Below are positions 28,257-42,500 of a DNA stretch of 64,000 nucleotides, piece by piece. The notes beneath the pieces were generated by a model that did no database searches, was not told the origin of the DNA, and saw nothing but the letters and a program-made list of their open reading frames with translations. Both the position numbers and the translations under genes were made by a program. This DNA comes from Eledone cirrhosa. Taxonomy: Eukaryota. Position 1 is the first letter of the stretch; each line of letters opens with the position of its first letter. The stretch is taken from assembly GCA_964016885.1 (NCBI GenBank), contig OZ024742.1:262880001-262944000 (forward strand), read 5' to 3'.

Positions 28257-28273
28257 ATATATATATATACATA

Positions 28274-28307
<34 letters not shown>

Positions 28308-28427
28308 ATATATATGTATATATATATATATATATATGTGTATGTGTATATATATATATATATGTATATATATATGTATATATATATATATATGTATATA
28401 TATATGTATATATATATGTATGTGTAT

Positions 28428-28461
<34 letters not shown>

Positions 28462-28482
28462 GTTTATATATATATATATATA

Positions 28483-28821
28483 TCATCATCATCATCATCA
28501 TCTCATTTTACGTCCACTTTTCCCTGCTTGCAAGGGTGGGACGGGAACTGATTCTGGCTTGATTTCTACAGCTGGATGCCCTTCCTAACACCAACCTCAT
28601 TTACAGTGAGTGCTGGGTGCTTTTTTGCCGTGGCACCTCCACGACCACTTTACAGTGGTCATTTCTACATTTCTACATCTCATTTCTACAGCTGAGTAAA
28701 CTGGAGCAATGTGAAATAAAGTGTCTTGCTCAAGGAAACAACACATCACCCGGTCTGAGAATTGAACTCACAACCTTTTGATTGCAAGGCCAATGCTCTA
28801 ACCACTAAGCCATGTGCCTCC
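28483..28821 (-). mobile_element. tRNA/CORE SINE with RTE-B tail
   Basis: Same family as 16993-17340; internal hairpin replaced by (catttcta) repeats. Confidence 0.85.
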
Positions 28822-28834
28822 ATGTATATATATA

Positions 28835-28888
<54 letters not shown>

Positions 28889-28923
28889 ATATGTATATAT
28901 ATATGTATATATGTATATATATG

Positions 28924-29020
<97 letters not shown>

Positions 29021-29285
29021 GTATATATGTATATATATATATGTATATATATGTATATATATATATGTATATATATGTATATATATATGTATATATATAT
29101 ATGTATATATATGTATATATATATATGTATATATATGTATATATATATATGTATATATATGTATATATATATATGTATATATATGTATATATATATATGT
29201 ATATATATGTATATATATATATGTATATATATGTATATATATATATGTATATATATGTATATATATATATGTATATATATATATG

Positions 29286-29330
<45 letters not shown>

Positions 29331-29355
29331 GCATATATATATATATATGTATATA

Positions 29356-29417
<62 letters not shown>

Positions 29418-29529
29418 TATATGTATATATATGTATATATATATATATGTATATATATGTATATATATATATGTATATATATGTATATATATATATGTAT
29501 ATATATGTATATATATATATATGTATATA

Positions 29530-29572
<43 letters not shown>

Positions 29573-29577
29573 GTATC

Positions 29578-29667
29578 TAATAAAATAAGTCCCTCATCAG
29601 TGATTTGCCGAAGATCATAGATATTTATGATCTTCGGCAAATCACTGATGAGGGACTTATTTTATTA
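29578..29667. repeat. 90-bp palindrome containing CTGATGA on each arm
   Basis: 42-bp perfect arms 29578-29619 / 29626-29667. Confidence 0.85.
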
Positions 29668-29735
29668 CATGTTACCATGTGCGACCTGCAGTATTTTTCT
29701 CTATATATGTATATATGTATATATATGTATATATG

Positions 29736-29770
<35 letters not shown>

Positions 29771-29853
29771 GTGTGTATATATATATGTATATATATATAT
29801 GTATATATATATATATGTGTGTATATATATATGTCTGTATATATATATGTATG

Positions 29854-29904
<51 letters not shown>

Positions 29905-30101
29905 ATATATATGTATGTATATATATATATGTATATATATGTGAAAAATCGACGTTAAACGATGATGATGATATATACGTATATATATATATATATGTAT
30001 GTATATATATGTGAAATATGGACGTTAAACGATGATGATGATATATATATGTATATATATATATATATGTATATATATGTATATATATATATATGTATAT
30101 G

Positions 30102-30152
<51 letters not shown>

Positions 30153-30212
30153 AAGTATATATATATATGTATATATATGTATGTATATATATAAATATAT
30201 ATGTATGTATAT

Positions 30213-32326
30213 ATGAAGACGGGTAAGGCGGCTGGGCCTTCGGAAATAGTCGCTGAGATGCTGAAGGCCTCTGGAACGGTGGGACACACCATGGTCACCC
30301 GGATAGTAAACCAAGTCATACAGAATGGGGTTGTTCCGAAGGACTGGCGTAGCAGCATCATCATTAACTGTTACAAGGGTAAAGGAGACGCCCTAGATAG
30401 GAGTAACTATAGAGGGATTATATTAATCGACCAGGTCATGAAGGTCACGGAAAAAGTAATAGTGCAACTAATCAGAGAGAGAATCGATCTAGATGAAATG
30501 CAGTTCGTGTTTGTGTCAGGAAAAAGTACCACAGACGCTCTTTTCATTGTACGACAACTACAGGAGAAGTACTTAGCTAAAAGTAAACTCCTATACTTAG
30601 CTTTTGTTGACTTGGAGAAAGCCTTTGACAGAGTCCCACGCCCCATTATCTGGTGGGCTCTTAGAAAACTAGGTGTAGATGAATGGCTTGTGAGAGCTAT
30701 ACAAGCCATGTATAAAGAAACAGTCAGCAAGGTTAGAATTAACAACGAATATAGTGAAGAGTTTAGCGTAAAAGTTGGCGTCCATCAGGGCTCTGTTCTC
30801 AGCCCCCTACTATTTATTATTGCCCTTCAGGCTATAACAGAGGAGTTCAAGACTGGCTGCCCATAGGAACTCCTATACGCAGATGACCTAACGCTCATAG
30901 CTGAATCAATGGCCGAGCTAGAGAAGAAATTCCAAACATGGAAGCACGGCCTAGAATCAAAAGGCCTTAAAATTAACATGGCTAAGACTAAAGTTCTAGT
31001 TTGTAGGAAAGAAAATAAGGCGCCGGTCCCTTCCATGCTCAGTGTGTAGGAAAGGCGTAGGTAGAAACTCCATTTTATGTCCCAAATGCAAAGTATGGGT
31101 GCATAAAAGATGTAGTGGGATCACAGGTAAGCTAACTAAGAACACAAATTTTACATGTGGCCGGTGCTCTGGTGCAATAAGTAGCAGCAAGTGCCCACAA
31201 AATACTAGCTCTTTCAACTGCGCAGAGGGTTCTATAGAAATAGTGGACAGCTTCCGTTACCTGGGTGACAAAATCAGCAGTGGGGGAGGGTGCTCCGAAA
31301 GTACAGTAGCTAGAGTCAGAACTGGATGGAAAAAGTTCAGAGAGCTTATACCACTATTAGCCGCTAAAGGGTTCTCCCTAAAAGTGAAAGGCAGGTTGTA
31401 TGATGCCTGCATACGAACAGCAATGTTGCATGGCAGTGAGACATGGGCATTGTGTGCAGAGGATATACGCAGACTAGAGAGGAACGAAGCTTGCATGCTC
31501 CGCTGGATGTGTAATAGTAATATACGCGAACGGCAAAGCATAAACGAACTAAGGAAAAAATTAGAAATAAGAGGGATCAGATGTTGTTTACTCGAGAGAA
31601 GGCTACGTTGGTATGGTCACGTGATGCGCATGAAAGACGACAGCTGTATAACAAAGTGCAGGGCAATAAAGATAGATGGTAGCCACGGAGTAGGCAGACC
31701 CAGAAAAACCTGGGACGAGCTGATAAATTCCGACCTCACACACTTACACCTCTCCAAGACAATGTCACTGGACCGAGACCTTTGGCGGTACTCAGTAACA
31801 GAGAAGACCCGCGTTACCTAAATACAAAGTAAAACCTACTACAGTCAGTAGGCATCTCTAACAAAATACACCCCCGTCCCACCACTCCCACCCCATCCAC
31901 ACCGCCCCTTTCAATGTAAAGTTATGTTGGTGCCACAAAATCCAGGCCGAAACAAATGAGATCGTGTAAGTGTCACGAAAAAAAAACACACAGTCCACGC
32001 TGTAATGTGACCGTGTAGGCAACACGGTAAAAACCTCCCAGTCCCACACTGTAAATGTGGTTGGTGTTAGGAAGGGCATCCAGCTGTAGAAAACCTGCCA
32101 GACAGTCCACGCTGTAATGTGGCCGTGTAGGCAACACGGTAAAAACCTCCCAGCCCCACACTGTAAATGTGGTTGGTGTTAGGAAGGGCATCCAACTGTA
32201 GAAAACCCGCCAGACAGTCCTATGCGAGCAAGACAACCACTCTTGCCTCAAGTGGGAAAACTCCCGTCCAAACCCATGCAAGCATGGAACACGGACGTTA
32301 AACGATGATGATGATCATGATGATGA
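30213..32326 (+). mobile_element. 5'-truncated RTE family A copy (stop at ~30864, small deletion ~31030)
   Basis: ORFs 30201-30866 and 31042-31821; 3'UTR with duplicated module; (GAT)n tail. Confidence 0.92.
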
Positions 32327-32366
32327 TATATAAATATATATGTATATATATATGTATATATATATG

Positions 32367-32400
<34 letters not shown>

Positions 32401-32480
32401 GTGCAAATTTGGACGGGAATAAAACAGAGAGGCAGACGTGTGTGTGTATGTATATATATATGTATATATATATATGTATA

Positions 32481-35400
32481 TCATCATCATCATCATCGTT
32501 TAACGTCCATCTTCCCACTTGAGGTAAGATTGGTTGTCTTGCTCGTATAGGACAGTCTGACGGGTTTTCTACGGCTGGATGCCCTTCCTAACACCAACCA
32601 CGTTTACAGTGTGGACTGGGAGGTTTTTACTGTGTTACGTACACGGCCAAATTACAGCGTGGACTGTGTGTTTTTTTGTCGTGACACCTACACGACCTCA
32701 TTTATTTAGGACTGGATGTTGTGGTGCCAACATAATTTACATCGAAAGGGGTGGTGTGGATGGGGGTGGGGGTAGTTGGACGGAGGTGTATTTTTGTTAA
32801 GAAGTGCCTACTGACTGTAGGTTTCGCTTTGTACTTAGGCAAGGCGGATCTTCTGTATTACTGCGTTCCGCCAAAGATCTCAGTCCAGTGACATTGTCTT
32901 GGAGAGGTGTAAGTGTGTAACGTCGGAATTTATCAAGTCGTCCCAGGTTTTTCTGGGTCTTCCTACTCCGTGGCTACCATCTATTTTGATCGCCCTGCAC
33001 ATTTTTATACAGCTGTCGTCTTTCATGCGCATCACGTGACCATACCAACGTAGTCTTCTCTCGAGTAAACAACATCTGATCCGTCTTATTCCTAATTTCT
33101 CACTTAGTTCATTTATGCTTTGCCGTTCACGTATATTACTATTACATATCCAACGGAGCATGCAAGCTTCATTCCTCTCCAGTCTGCGTATATCCTCTGC
33201 ACACAATGCCCAAGTCTCACTCCCATGTAACATTGCTGTTCGTATGCAGGCATCATACAGCCTGCCTTTCATTTTTAGAGAGAAACCTTTAGCGGCCAAA
33301 AGTGGTATAAGCTCTCTGAACTTTTTCCATCCCGTTCTGACTCTAGCTACTGTACTTTCAGAACACCCTCCAACACAGCTGATTTTGTCACCCAGGTAAT
33401 GGAAGGTGTCTACTATTTCTATAGAACCATCTGTGCAATGGAATGAGTTAGTATTCAGTGGGCACTTGCTGCTACTTAGTGCACCCGAGCACCGGCCACA
33501 TATAAAATCTATATTCTTAGTTAGCTTACCTGTGATCCCACTACATCTTTTATGCATCCATACTTTGCATTTGGGGCATAACATGGAGTTTCTGCCTACT
33601 CCGTTCCTACATACTGAGCATGGCCATTTTCCAGAGGACAACAGTGTCCTATTTTCCTTCCTACATACTAGCACTTTAGTCTTAGACAAGTAAATTTTAA
33701 GGCCTTTTGATTCTAGGCCAGGCTTCCATGTTTCGAATTTCTTCTCTAGTTCAGCCATTGATTCAGCTATGAGCGTTAGATCATCTGCGTATAGGAGTTC
33801 CCATGGGCAGCCGGTCTTGAACTCCTCTGTTATAGCCTGAAGGGCAATAATAAATAGTAGGGGGCTGAGAACAGAACCCTGATGGACGCCAACTTTTACG
33901 CTAAACTCTTCACTATATTCGTTGTTAATTCTAACCTTGCTGACAGTTTCTTTACACATGGCTTGTATAGCTCTCACAAGCCATTCATCTACACCTAGTT
34001 TTCTAAGAGCCCACCAGATAATGGGGCGTGGGACTCTGTCAAAGGCTTTCTCCAAGTCAACAAAAGCTAAGTATAGGAGTTTACTTTTAGCTAAGTACTT
34101 CTCCTGTAGTTGTCGTACAATGAAAAGAGCGTCTGTGGTACTTTTTCCTGACACAAACACGAACTGCATTTCATCTAGATCAATTCACTCTCTGATTAGT
34201 TGCGCTATTACTTTTTCTGTGACCTTCATGACCTGGTCAATTAATTTAATGCCTCTATAGTTTCCCCTATCTAGGGCATCTCCTTTACCCTTGTAGCAGT
34301 TAATGATGATGCTGCGACGCCAGTCCTCTGGTACGAACCCATTTTGTATGACTTGGTTTATTATCCGAGTGAACATAGTGTGTCCCACCGTTCCAGATGC
34401 TTTCAGCATTTCAGCAACTATTTCCAAAGGCCCAGCTGCCTTACCCGTCTTCATATCTTTGATCGCCTTACTTATTATACTACCTTCAACTTGCACTGCT
34501 GGTCCCTCTATTGGGTCGATGTGGGGGAGACTGTCTTTCTTCCATTTATTCTCCTCATTTAGTAGCCTTTCGTAGTGACACTTCCAAGCTACTTTCTTAT
34601 CAGCGTCAGTGATGGCAAGTACACCATCATCATTACGGACACACTTCTCCCCGACAATATCACGGTTTTCCTTGACACATTGCCTAGCAATCCTGAATAC
34701 CTCACGTTTTTGGTCCTCGCGTTGTAGAACATGCTTGAACTTTCTTTCCTCTGCTTCTCTTCTTGCAAAGTACACTTGTCTCCTAGCTTCCCTCCTGGCC
34801 ACTTGATATTCTTCTCTACTTCCCCCATCCCACCATATTTTCCAAGCCTGCTTTTTGGCCTTGATTGACTCCTCCACCTTACTGTTCCACCACCAAGTTA
34901 CTCTCCTCCTGTCTATAGGTCTGCTCCAGCCACAAATTTCATCTGTTGCCTTCAGCAGGTTAGCTTTCAGGAATTCCCACTGTTCCTCTATATTGTACGA
35001 CTCTAATTGCTCTTCCTTACTGTCAAAAGCATCAAGTAATATGCTTTTAAATTTATTACTGGCTGTGGGGTCCTTTAGCTTTCATATTTTTCTCCTGAGG
35101 ATAGTCCTCCTCTGTTGTCGAGTACGTCTCGTCCTGACTATGAGGTCACTAACTATGAGTCTATGTTGGGAGGTACATTCTTCATGGGGGAGGGATTTAG
35201 TGTTTACAACAGACACTCTGTCACGTCTTCTGGTAAGGATATAATCTGTCTGACTGGCGTGTTCCCCTGATCTATAGGGGATCAAGTGATTGTGTCGTTT
35301 TTTGAAGTTAGTGTTACAGATAGTTAGGTCATTTGCGTCACAGAATTCCAGGATTCTGGAGCCATCCTCATTTCTAGTACCAAAACTATAGCCTCCATGG

Positions 35401-36805
35401 ATTCCGTCATAGCCGTCACAATGTTGTCCAACGTGACCATTTAGGTCGCCAGCGATAATTATGTAGTCACTGTCGGTTATTTGGGAGGTAGTGAGCATTA
35501 ACGACTCATAGAATCTGTCTTTTATAATGCCAGGCAGTCCGGATTGGGGTGCATACGCAGATATTATTGTCACAGTAGTTCTATTTAGGACAAGTCTTAT
35601 TTTAATTATTTTGTCATTCACTCTATTTACGTCTATTATCTTATCTACCCATTTTTCTGCTAGCATGATTCCTACTCCACCCAGCCCATTGTCATTTCCC
35701 ACCCAGAAAAGCTTATAGCATCGTTTTTTAACCACAATGAATCTAGCAGACCCACCCCTCCACCTGGTCTCTTGGATACAGCAAACATCGACCTCCCTAC
35801 GATCAAGCATTTCTACAACCTCGTTAGAGCGACCTTTTAAGGTGCCTACATTCATGGTACCAACTCTGAAGTTTTGGATTGCATTTGGTGGGAACGGTGG
35901 GGCGCAGGGAGGGGTGAGGGAGATGGGGTTATGTTAGCCATCCGCGGCCAAAATAAAGAGAGGAGTCCTTGCATTCTCGTCCGGCAGCATGAGGTGAATT
36001 TGTCTTTATCTTTGGCATTGTCACTGAGTGTCCATATTTTTTTTTTTTTTTTTCAAACTCTCCAGAATTCCGCAGTCCATCCATCATATCGAAAGGCAAC
36101 CAGGTCTAAACTTAAGAAGTGATAGCATAGGCCGCTGACTTATGATTGGTCCAAGTAATAATGGTGGTGAGTGGGGGCGGGTGGTAGGGATATGGGGTAG
36201 TTAGCGAGAAGGTTTAAATAAAATCCTTGAATTTTGGGCATACTTGAACAAGCATATAACAGTAATAAGAGAAGAATTATGGGATTTTAAAATACAAGAA
36301 GATTATTTTGAACAATCAGACAGAATTATCGAATAGCATTGAAATAGCAAAGATTGGATTCTGGACAAAATGATACAGATAGATGAATGGACCGGGGAAG
36401 ATGGAGAGAAGAGAAAAGAAAATAGCATTTGTACATTACATTTCGCAGAGGGGCGACCAAGCGGTCTAGCCAAGAATAAGGGATTGACAACAGGTTTATT
36501 TTATATTTGGAGAGAGGAAGGGATTGAGAGAGAACCAGCAGGCGCGTATACGATATGTAGGGGGGGGGGGGTGAAGACTAGGAGGGAGCAGGAAGGTTAT
36601 TTTATAAAATCCTAGAATTTCGGCCATAATTAAATGAACGAGAAGAGATTATTTTAGAAAACAAGCGAGAAGGTTATAAAATAATCTATGGGGTAGTTAG
36701 CGAGAAGGTTTAAATAAAATCCTCGAATTTTGGGCATAATTGAACAAGAATATAACAGTAATAAGAGAAGAATTATGGGATTTTAAAATACAAGAAGATT
36801 ATTTT
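32481..36805 (-). mobile_element. Full-length decayed RTE (A-related subfamily) with extended repetitive 5' region
   Basis: ORFs 35082-35855 (APE), 34185-34877 and 32880-34169 (RT+PHD); CCAAT-containing 5'UTR near 36150; the boundary above ~36190 is uncertain. Confidence 0.88.
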
Positions 36806-36857
36806 TATATATGTATATATATATGTATGTATATATATATATATATATATATGTGTA

Positions 36858-38500
36858 TATAGCACAGTTGATTAGGGACCAGGTGAAAATAGATGAGATG
36901 CAATTTGGGTTTGTACCAGGAAAAAGCACCACTGATGCTCTCTTCCTTGTGAGGCAGTTCCAGGAAAAGTACCTTGCTAAAAGTAAGCCACTCTACCTGC
37001 ATTCATCGATCTCGAGAAAGCCTTTGACAGAGTTCCACGTGCTCTAATCTGGTGGGCTCTTAGAAAACTAGGAGTAGATGAATGGCTTGTGAAAGATGTA
37101 CAAGCCATGTATAGGGGAGCAGTCAGCAAAGTTAGGATTAGCAATGAGTATAGCGAGGAATTTAGCGTACAGGTTGGTGTCCACCAGGGCTCTGTTCTTA
37201 GCCCTCTCTGTTCATCATAGTCCTGCAGGCAATAATGGAGGAGTTTAAGACCGGATGCCCATGGGAACTCCTGTATGCTGATGACCTCGCACTTATAGCT
37301 GAATCTATGGTAGAACTAGAGAAGAAATTCCAAACTTGGAAGCCGGGACTAGAAAGAAAGGGTCTCAAAGTCAACATGACAAAGACTAAGGTCCTTGTAA
37401 GTAGACGAGAAAACAGAACCCAGATCCCCTCAGGGAAATGGCCTTGCTCAGTATGTAGGAAAGGTGTAGGTAAGAACTCCATTCTCTGCCCCAAATGCAA
37501 ACAATGGGTGCACAAGAGATGTAGCGGGATTTCAGGAAGCTTAATTAAGAATGTAGGCTTCACATGCAGCAGCTGTGCTGGGACAGCAAGCAGCAAACAG
37601 CCACAGGAAACAAGTACCACCAATCTCTGGGAGGACTCTGTAGAAACAGTAGACAGCTTCTGCTACCTAGGTGACCGAATTAGCAGCGGAGGTGGGTGTT
37701 CAGAAAGTACTGCCACTGCTAGCTGCAAAAGGCTTCTCCCTCAAAATGAAAGGCAGACTGTATGATGCGTGTATCCGAACAGCAATGTTACATGGTAGTG
37801 AGACCTGGGCGCTGAAGGTGGAAGACTTACGTAGATTAGAGAGAAACGAAGCCTGCATGCTCCGATGGATGTGTAATAGTAATATACGCGAACGACAAAG
37901 CATAAATGAATTGAGAGAGAGACTGAGCATAAGAGGAATCAAATGCTGTGTGCAGGAGAGGCGGTTGCGTTGGTATGGACATGTGATGCATATGAAGGAT
38001 GACAGCTGCATAAAAAGGTGCAGAGCACTAGAAGTCAATGGAAACCGCGGAGTGGGGGAGACCCAAGAAGACCTGGGATGAGGTGATAAAAGCCGACCTT
38101 ACCCAATTACACCTCTCAAAGGCGATGACACACGACCGTGACCTCTGGCGTCACGCAGTAATACAGAGTACCCGACCTCCCATGGGTACAAGCTGAAGCA
38201 TATAGATATTATGCCCCCATACCCTCCCACTGCAAGTTGGTCGTGGAGGTGTCACGGCAAAAAAGCACCCAGCCTACACTATAAAGTGGATGTGGAGGCG
38301 CCACGGAAAAAGCACCCAGCACTCACTGTAAATGAGATTGATGTTAGGAAGGGCATCCAGCTGTAGAAATCAAGCCAAAATCAGTTCCTGTATGAGCAAG
38401 GCATGGTCAGCCGACCAGACACTGCCCACAACAGGACAACTCGTCTAACCCATGCTAGCATGGAAGAACGGACGTAAAACGGTGATGATGATGATGATAA
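36858..38500 (+). mobile_element. 5'-truncated decayed RTE family C
   Basis: ORFs 36811-37047, 37235-37765 (YADD, PHD) and 37671-38081; distinct 3'UTR and tail. Confidence 0.88.
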
Positions 38501-38517
38501 TGATACATATATATGTA

Positions 38518-38558
<41 letters not shown>

Positions 38559-38592
38559 GTATATAAATATATATGTGTGTAAATATATATGT

Positions 38593-39030
38593 GAAGGCGC
38601 ATGGCTTAGTGGTTAGAGCATTGCAATCGAAAGTTTGTGAGTTCAATTCTCGGACTATGTTGTTTCTTTGAGCAAGACACTTTATTTCACATTGCTCCAG
38701 TTTACTCAGCTGTAGAAATGAGATGTTAGGACTGGGGTCCCTATCATTCCACTGCAAAGTGGTCGTGGAGGTGCCACGGCAAAAAAGCACCCAGCCCACA
38801 CTGTAAAGTGGACGTGTAAGTGCCACGTAAAAAAAAAGCACCCAGCACTCACTGTAAATAAGGTTGGTGTAAGGAAGGGCATCCAGGTGTAGAAATCAAG
38901 CCAGAATCGGTTCCCGTATGAGCAAGACAAGGTCAGCCGACTGGAGACTGCCCACAACAGGACAACCCATCTAACCTTTGCTAGCGTGGAAGAACGGACG
39001 TAAAACGGTGATGATGATGATGATGATGAT
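38593..39030 (+). mobile_element. tRNA/CORE SINE with RTE-C tail
   Basis: Head as in 16993; 3' part matches 38230-38500. Confidence 0.82.
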
Positions 39031-39539
39031 ATATATACATATGTATGTAAAAGGTAAACAGAAAAAAACAACACAATCGGTACAGTATATGGAAGGGATA
39101 TATTAGGTTAATGCTTGATATAGCAGGAAGAGGTCCTAATGTTTCGGACGCAAGTTGTTCATCAGATGAAAGAATGAGAAATAAGATAGATCGAGGGGAC
39201 GGGCGGGTTGGAATTGGAAAAAAGGTATATGTAAATATATATATGTAAATGTAAATGTATATATATAAAAAAAAAATTTTTTTAAATAAATAAATGTTGC
39301 TGGCTTCCAACGACAGAATTTATTTATCTAATCTATCTTAAGGGCGAACTGTCGATTTTGCGAATGTAAGCTAAACCTGTCTTTTCTTTGTTTCCGCAGT
39401 CTCCTCAATTAAGCAGTGTTTTTATAATCTTATTTACCACTCTAAAATTCAAATTCTCCGTTTTTCCTCTCTCATTTTAAATTATTATGTTATCTTTCCT
39501 AAAAACTAAACTTCTAAAGTCACCCATTTCCCGCCCTCC

Positions 39540-42500
39540 CACCCCCACACACCACCATTGCTATATTGTCCAATCATAACTCAGCGACTTTAGTAAGTTC
39601 TCTGACAAATCAGTATAGTAAAGCTACCATCCCGGTTACTACTCCTTAAGTTTAGACCTGTTTGATGGGTTGACTGCGGAAATTTGAAAAGTCTAAGCAC
39701 TCAATGACAATGTCACAGATAAAGATAAATTCACCTCCTGCTGTAAGATGAGAATACAAGGACCCCTCTTTATTTCAGACACAGATGACCAACAAAATCC
39801 CGTCTCCCACACCCCTCCCTGCCCCTCCAACCCATCCATTCCACCCTCCCAATTTCAGAGTTGGTACCATGAACGTAGGCACATTGAAAGGTTGCTCAAA
39901 TGAGGTTGTAGAGATGCTTGAACGTAAAGAAGTTGATGTTTGTTGTATTCAAGAGACTAGGTGGAGAGGGGGGGGGGTCTGCCAGATTCATCGTAGGTAA
40001 AAAACGATGCTATAAACTTTTCTGGGTGGGAAATGACAACGGACAGGGTGGTGTAGGAATTATGTTAGCTGAAAAGTGGGTAGATAAGGTAATTGACGTA
40101 AGTAGAGTGAATGACAGAATAATTGAATTAAGACTAGTTCTAAATAGAACTACTGTGACAATAATATCTGCTTATGCACCCCCAATCTGGTCTACCTGAT
40201 GTTATAAAGGACAGGTTCTATGAGATGCTAATGCACACTACCTCCCAAATAACCGACAGTGACTACTTAATTATTGCTGGCGATCTAAACGGTCACGTTG
40301 GACAACATAGTGATGGCTATGATGGAATCCATGGAGGCTATGGAGTTGGAAATAGAAATGAGGAGGGCTTCAGAATCCTGGAATTCTGTGACGCAAATAG
40401 CCCAACTATCTGTAACACAAACTTCAAAAAACGAGACAATCACTTGATCCCCTATAGATCAGGGGAACACGCCAGTCAGATAGAGTATATCCTTACTAGA
40501 AGACGGGACAAAATGTCTGCTGTAAACACTAAATCACTCCCCCGTGAAGAATGCACCTCCCAACATAGCCTTGTAGTTAGTGACCTCATAGTCAGGAATA
40601 GACGTACTCGTCGACAGAGGAAGCCTACTTTGAGGAGAAGAATATGGAAGTTGAAGGACCCCATAGCCAGTGACAAATTTAAATGCTTATTACTTGATGC
40701 CTTTGACAATCAGGAAGAGCAATTAGAGACGTGCAATATAGAGGAACAGTGGCAATTCCTGAAAGTGAACCTGCTAAAAGCAACGGATGAAATCTGTGGC
40801 TGGAGCAGACCTATTGGCAGGAGAAGAGTAACTTGGTGGTGGAACAGTAAGGTGGAAGAGACAATCAAGGCCAAAAAGCAGGCTTGGAAAGTATGGCAGG
40901 ATGGGGGAAGTAGAGAGCACTATCAAGTGGCATGGAGAGAAGCTAGGAGACAAGTGTACCTTGCAAAAAGGGTAGCAGAGGATAGAAAGTTCAAGCATGT
41001 TCTGCAACTGTTCAGGATTGCTAGACAATGTGTCAAGGAAAACCGTGATATTGTTGGGGAGAAGTGTGTCCGTAATGATAATAGTGTACTTGCGCTCACT
41101 GATATTGATAAGAAGATAGCCTGGAAGTGTCACTACGAGAGCCTATTAAATGAGGAGAATAAATGGGAAAAAGATAGTCTGCCCCAAATCGATCCAATAG
41201 AAGGACCAGCGGTGCAAGTTAAAGGTAGTATAATAAGTAAGGCAATCAAAGATATGAAGATGGGTAAGGCAGCTGGGCCTTCGGAGATAGTTGCTGAGAT
41301 GTTGAAGGGATCTGGTATGGTGGGACTCACTATGGTCACCCGTATGGTTAACCAAGTAATACAGACTGGGGTCATATCGAAAGACTGGCGTAGCAGCATC
41401 ATCATTAACTGCTACAAGGGTAAAGGGGATGCTCTAGATAGGGGAAACTATAGAGGCATTAAGTTAGTTGACCAGGTCATGAAGATCACAGAAAGAGTTA
41501 TAGCGCAACTAATCAGAGAGCGAATTGATCTAGATGAAATGCAGTTTGGGTTTGTGTCAGGTAAAAGTACCACAGACGTTCTTTTCCTTGTACGACAACT
41601 ACAATAGAAGTACCTAGCTAAACCCCTCTACTTAGCTTTTGTAGACCTGGAGAAAGCTTTTGACAGAGTCCCCCGCTCCATTATCTGGTGGGCTCTTAGA
41701 AAACTAGGTGTAGATGAATGGCTTGTGAGAGCTATACAAGCCATGTATAATGAAATAGTCAGTAAGGTTAGAATTAACAATGAATATTGTGAAGAATTTA
41801 GTGTAAAAGTTGGCGTTCATCAAGGCTCTGTCCTTAGCCCTCTCTTATTTATTATTGCCCTTCAGGCTATAACAGAGGAGTTTAAGACCGGCTGCCCATG
41901 GGAACTCCTATACGCAGATGATCTAACGCTCATAGCTGAATCAATGGCTGAACTAGAGAAGAAATTCCAAACATGGAAGCATGGCCTAGAATCAAAAGGC
42001 CTTAAAATTAACTTGTCTAAGACTAAAGTGCTAGTATGTAGGAAGGAAAATAGGACACTGTTGTCCTCTGGAAAATGGCCATGCTCAGTATGTAGGAAAG
42101 GAGTAGGCAGAAATTCCATTTTATGTCCCAAATGCAAAGTATAGGTACATAAAAGATGTAGTGGGATCACAGGTAAACTATCTAAGAACGTAGACTTTAT
42201 ATGTGGCCGATGCTCAGGTGCAATAAGTAGCAAGTGCCCACAGGATACTAGCTCCTTCTATTGCCCAGATGGTTCTATAGAAATAGTGGGCACTTTCCAT
42301 TACTTGGGTGACGAAATCAGCAATGGTGGAGGGTGTTCTGAAAGTACAGTAGCCAGAGTCAGAACGAGATGGAAAAAGTTCAGAGAGCTTATACTGTTGT
42401 TGGCCACAAAAGGTTTCTCTCTAAAAATGAAAGGCAGATTGTATGATGCCTGTATACGAACAGCAATGCTACATGGCAGTGAGACATGGGCATTACGTGC

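Noticed and set aside
39131-39170. Hammerhead-like CTGATGA..GAAAC on the minus strand
   Set aside because: No convincing stem I, stem III or NUH site; at best a decayed remnant.
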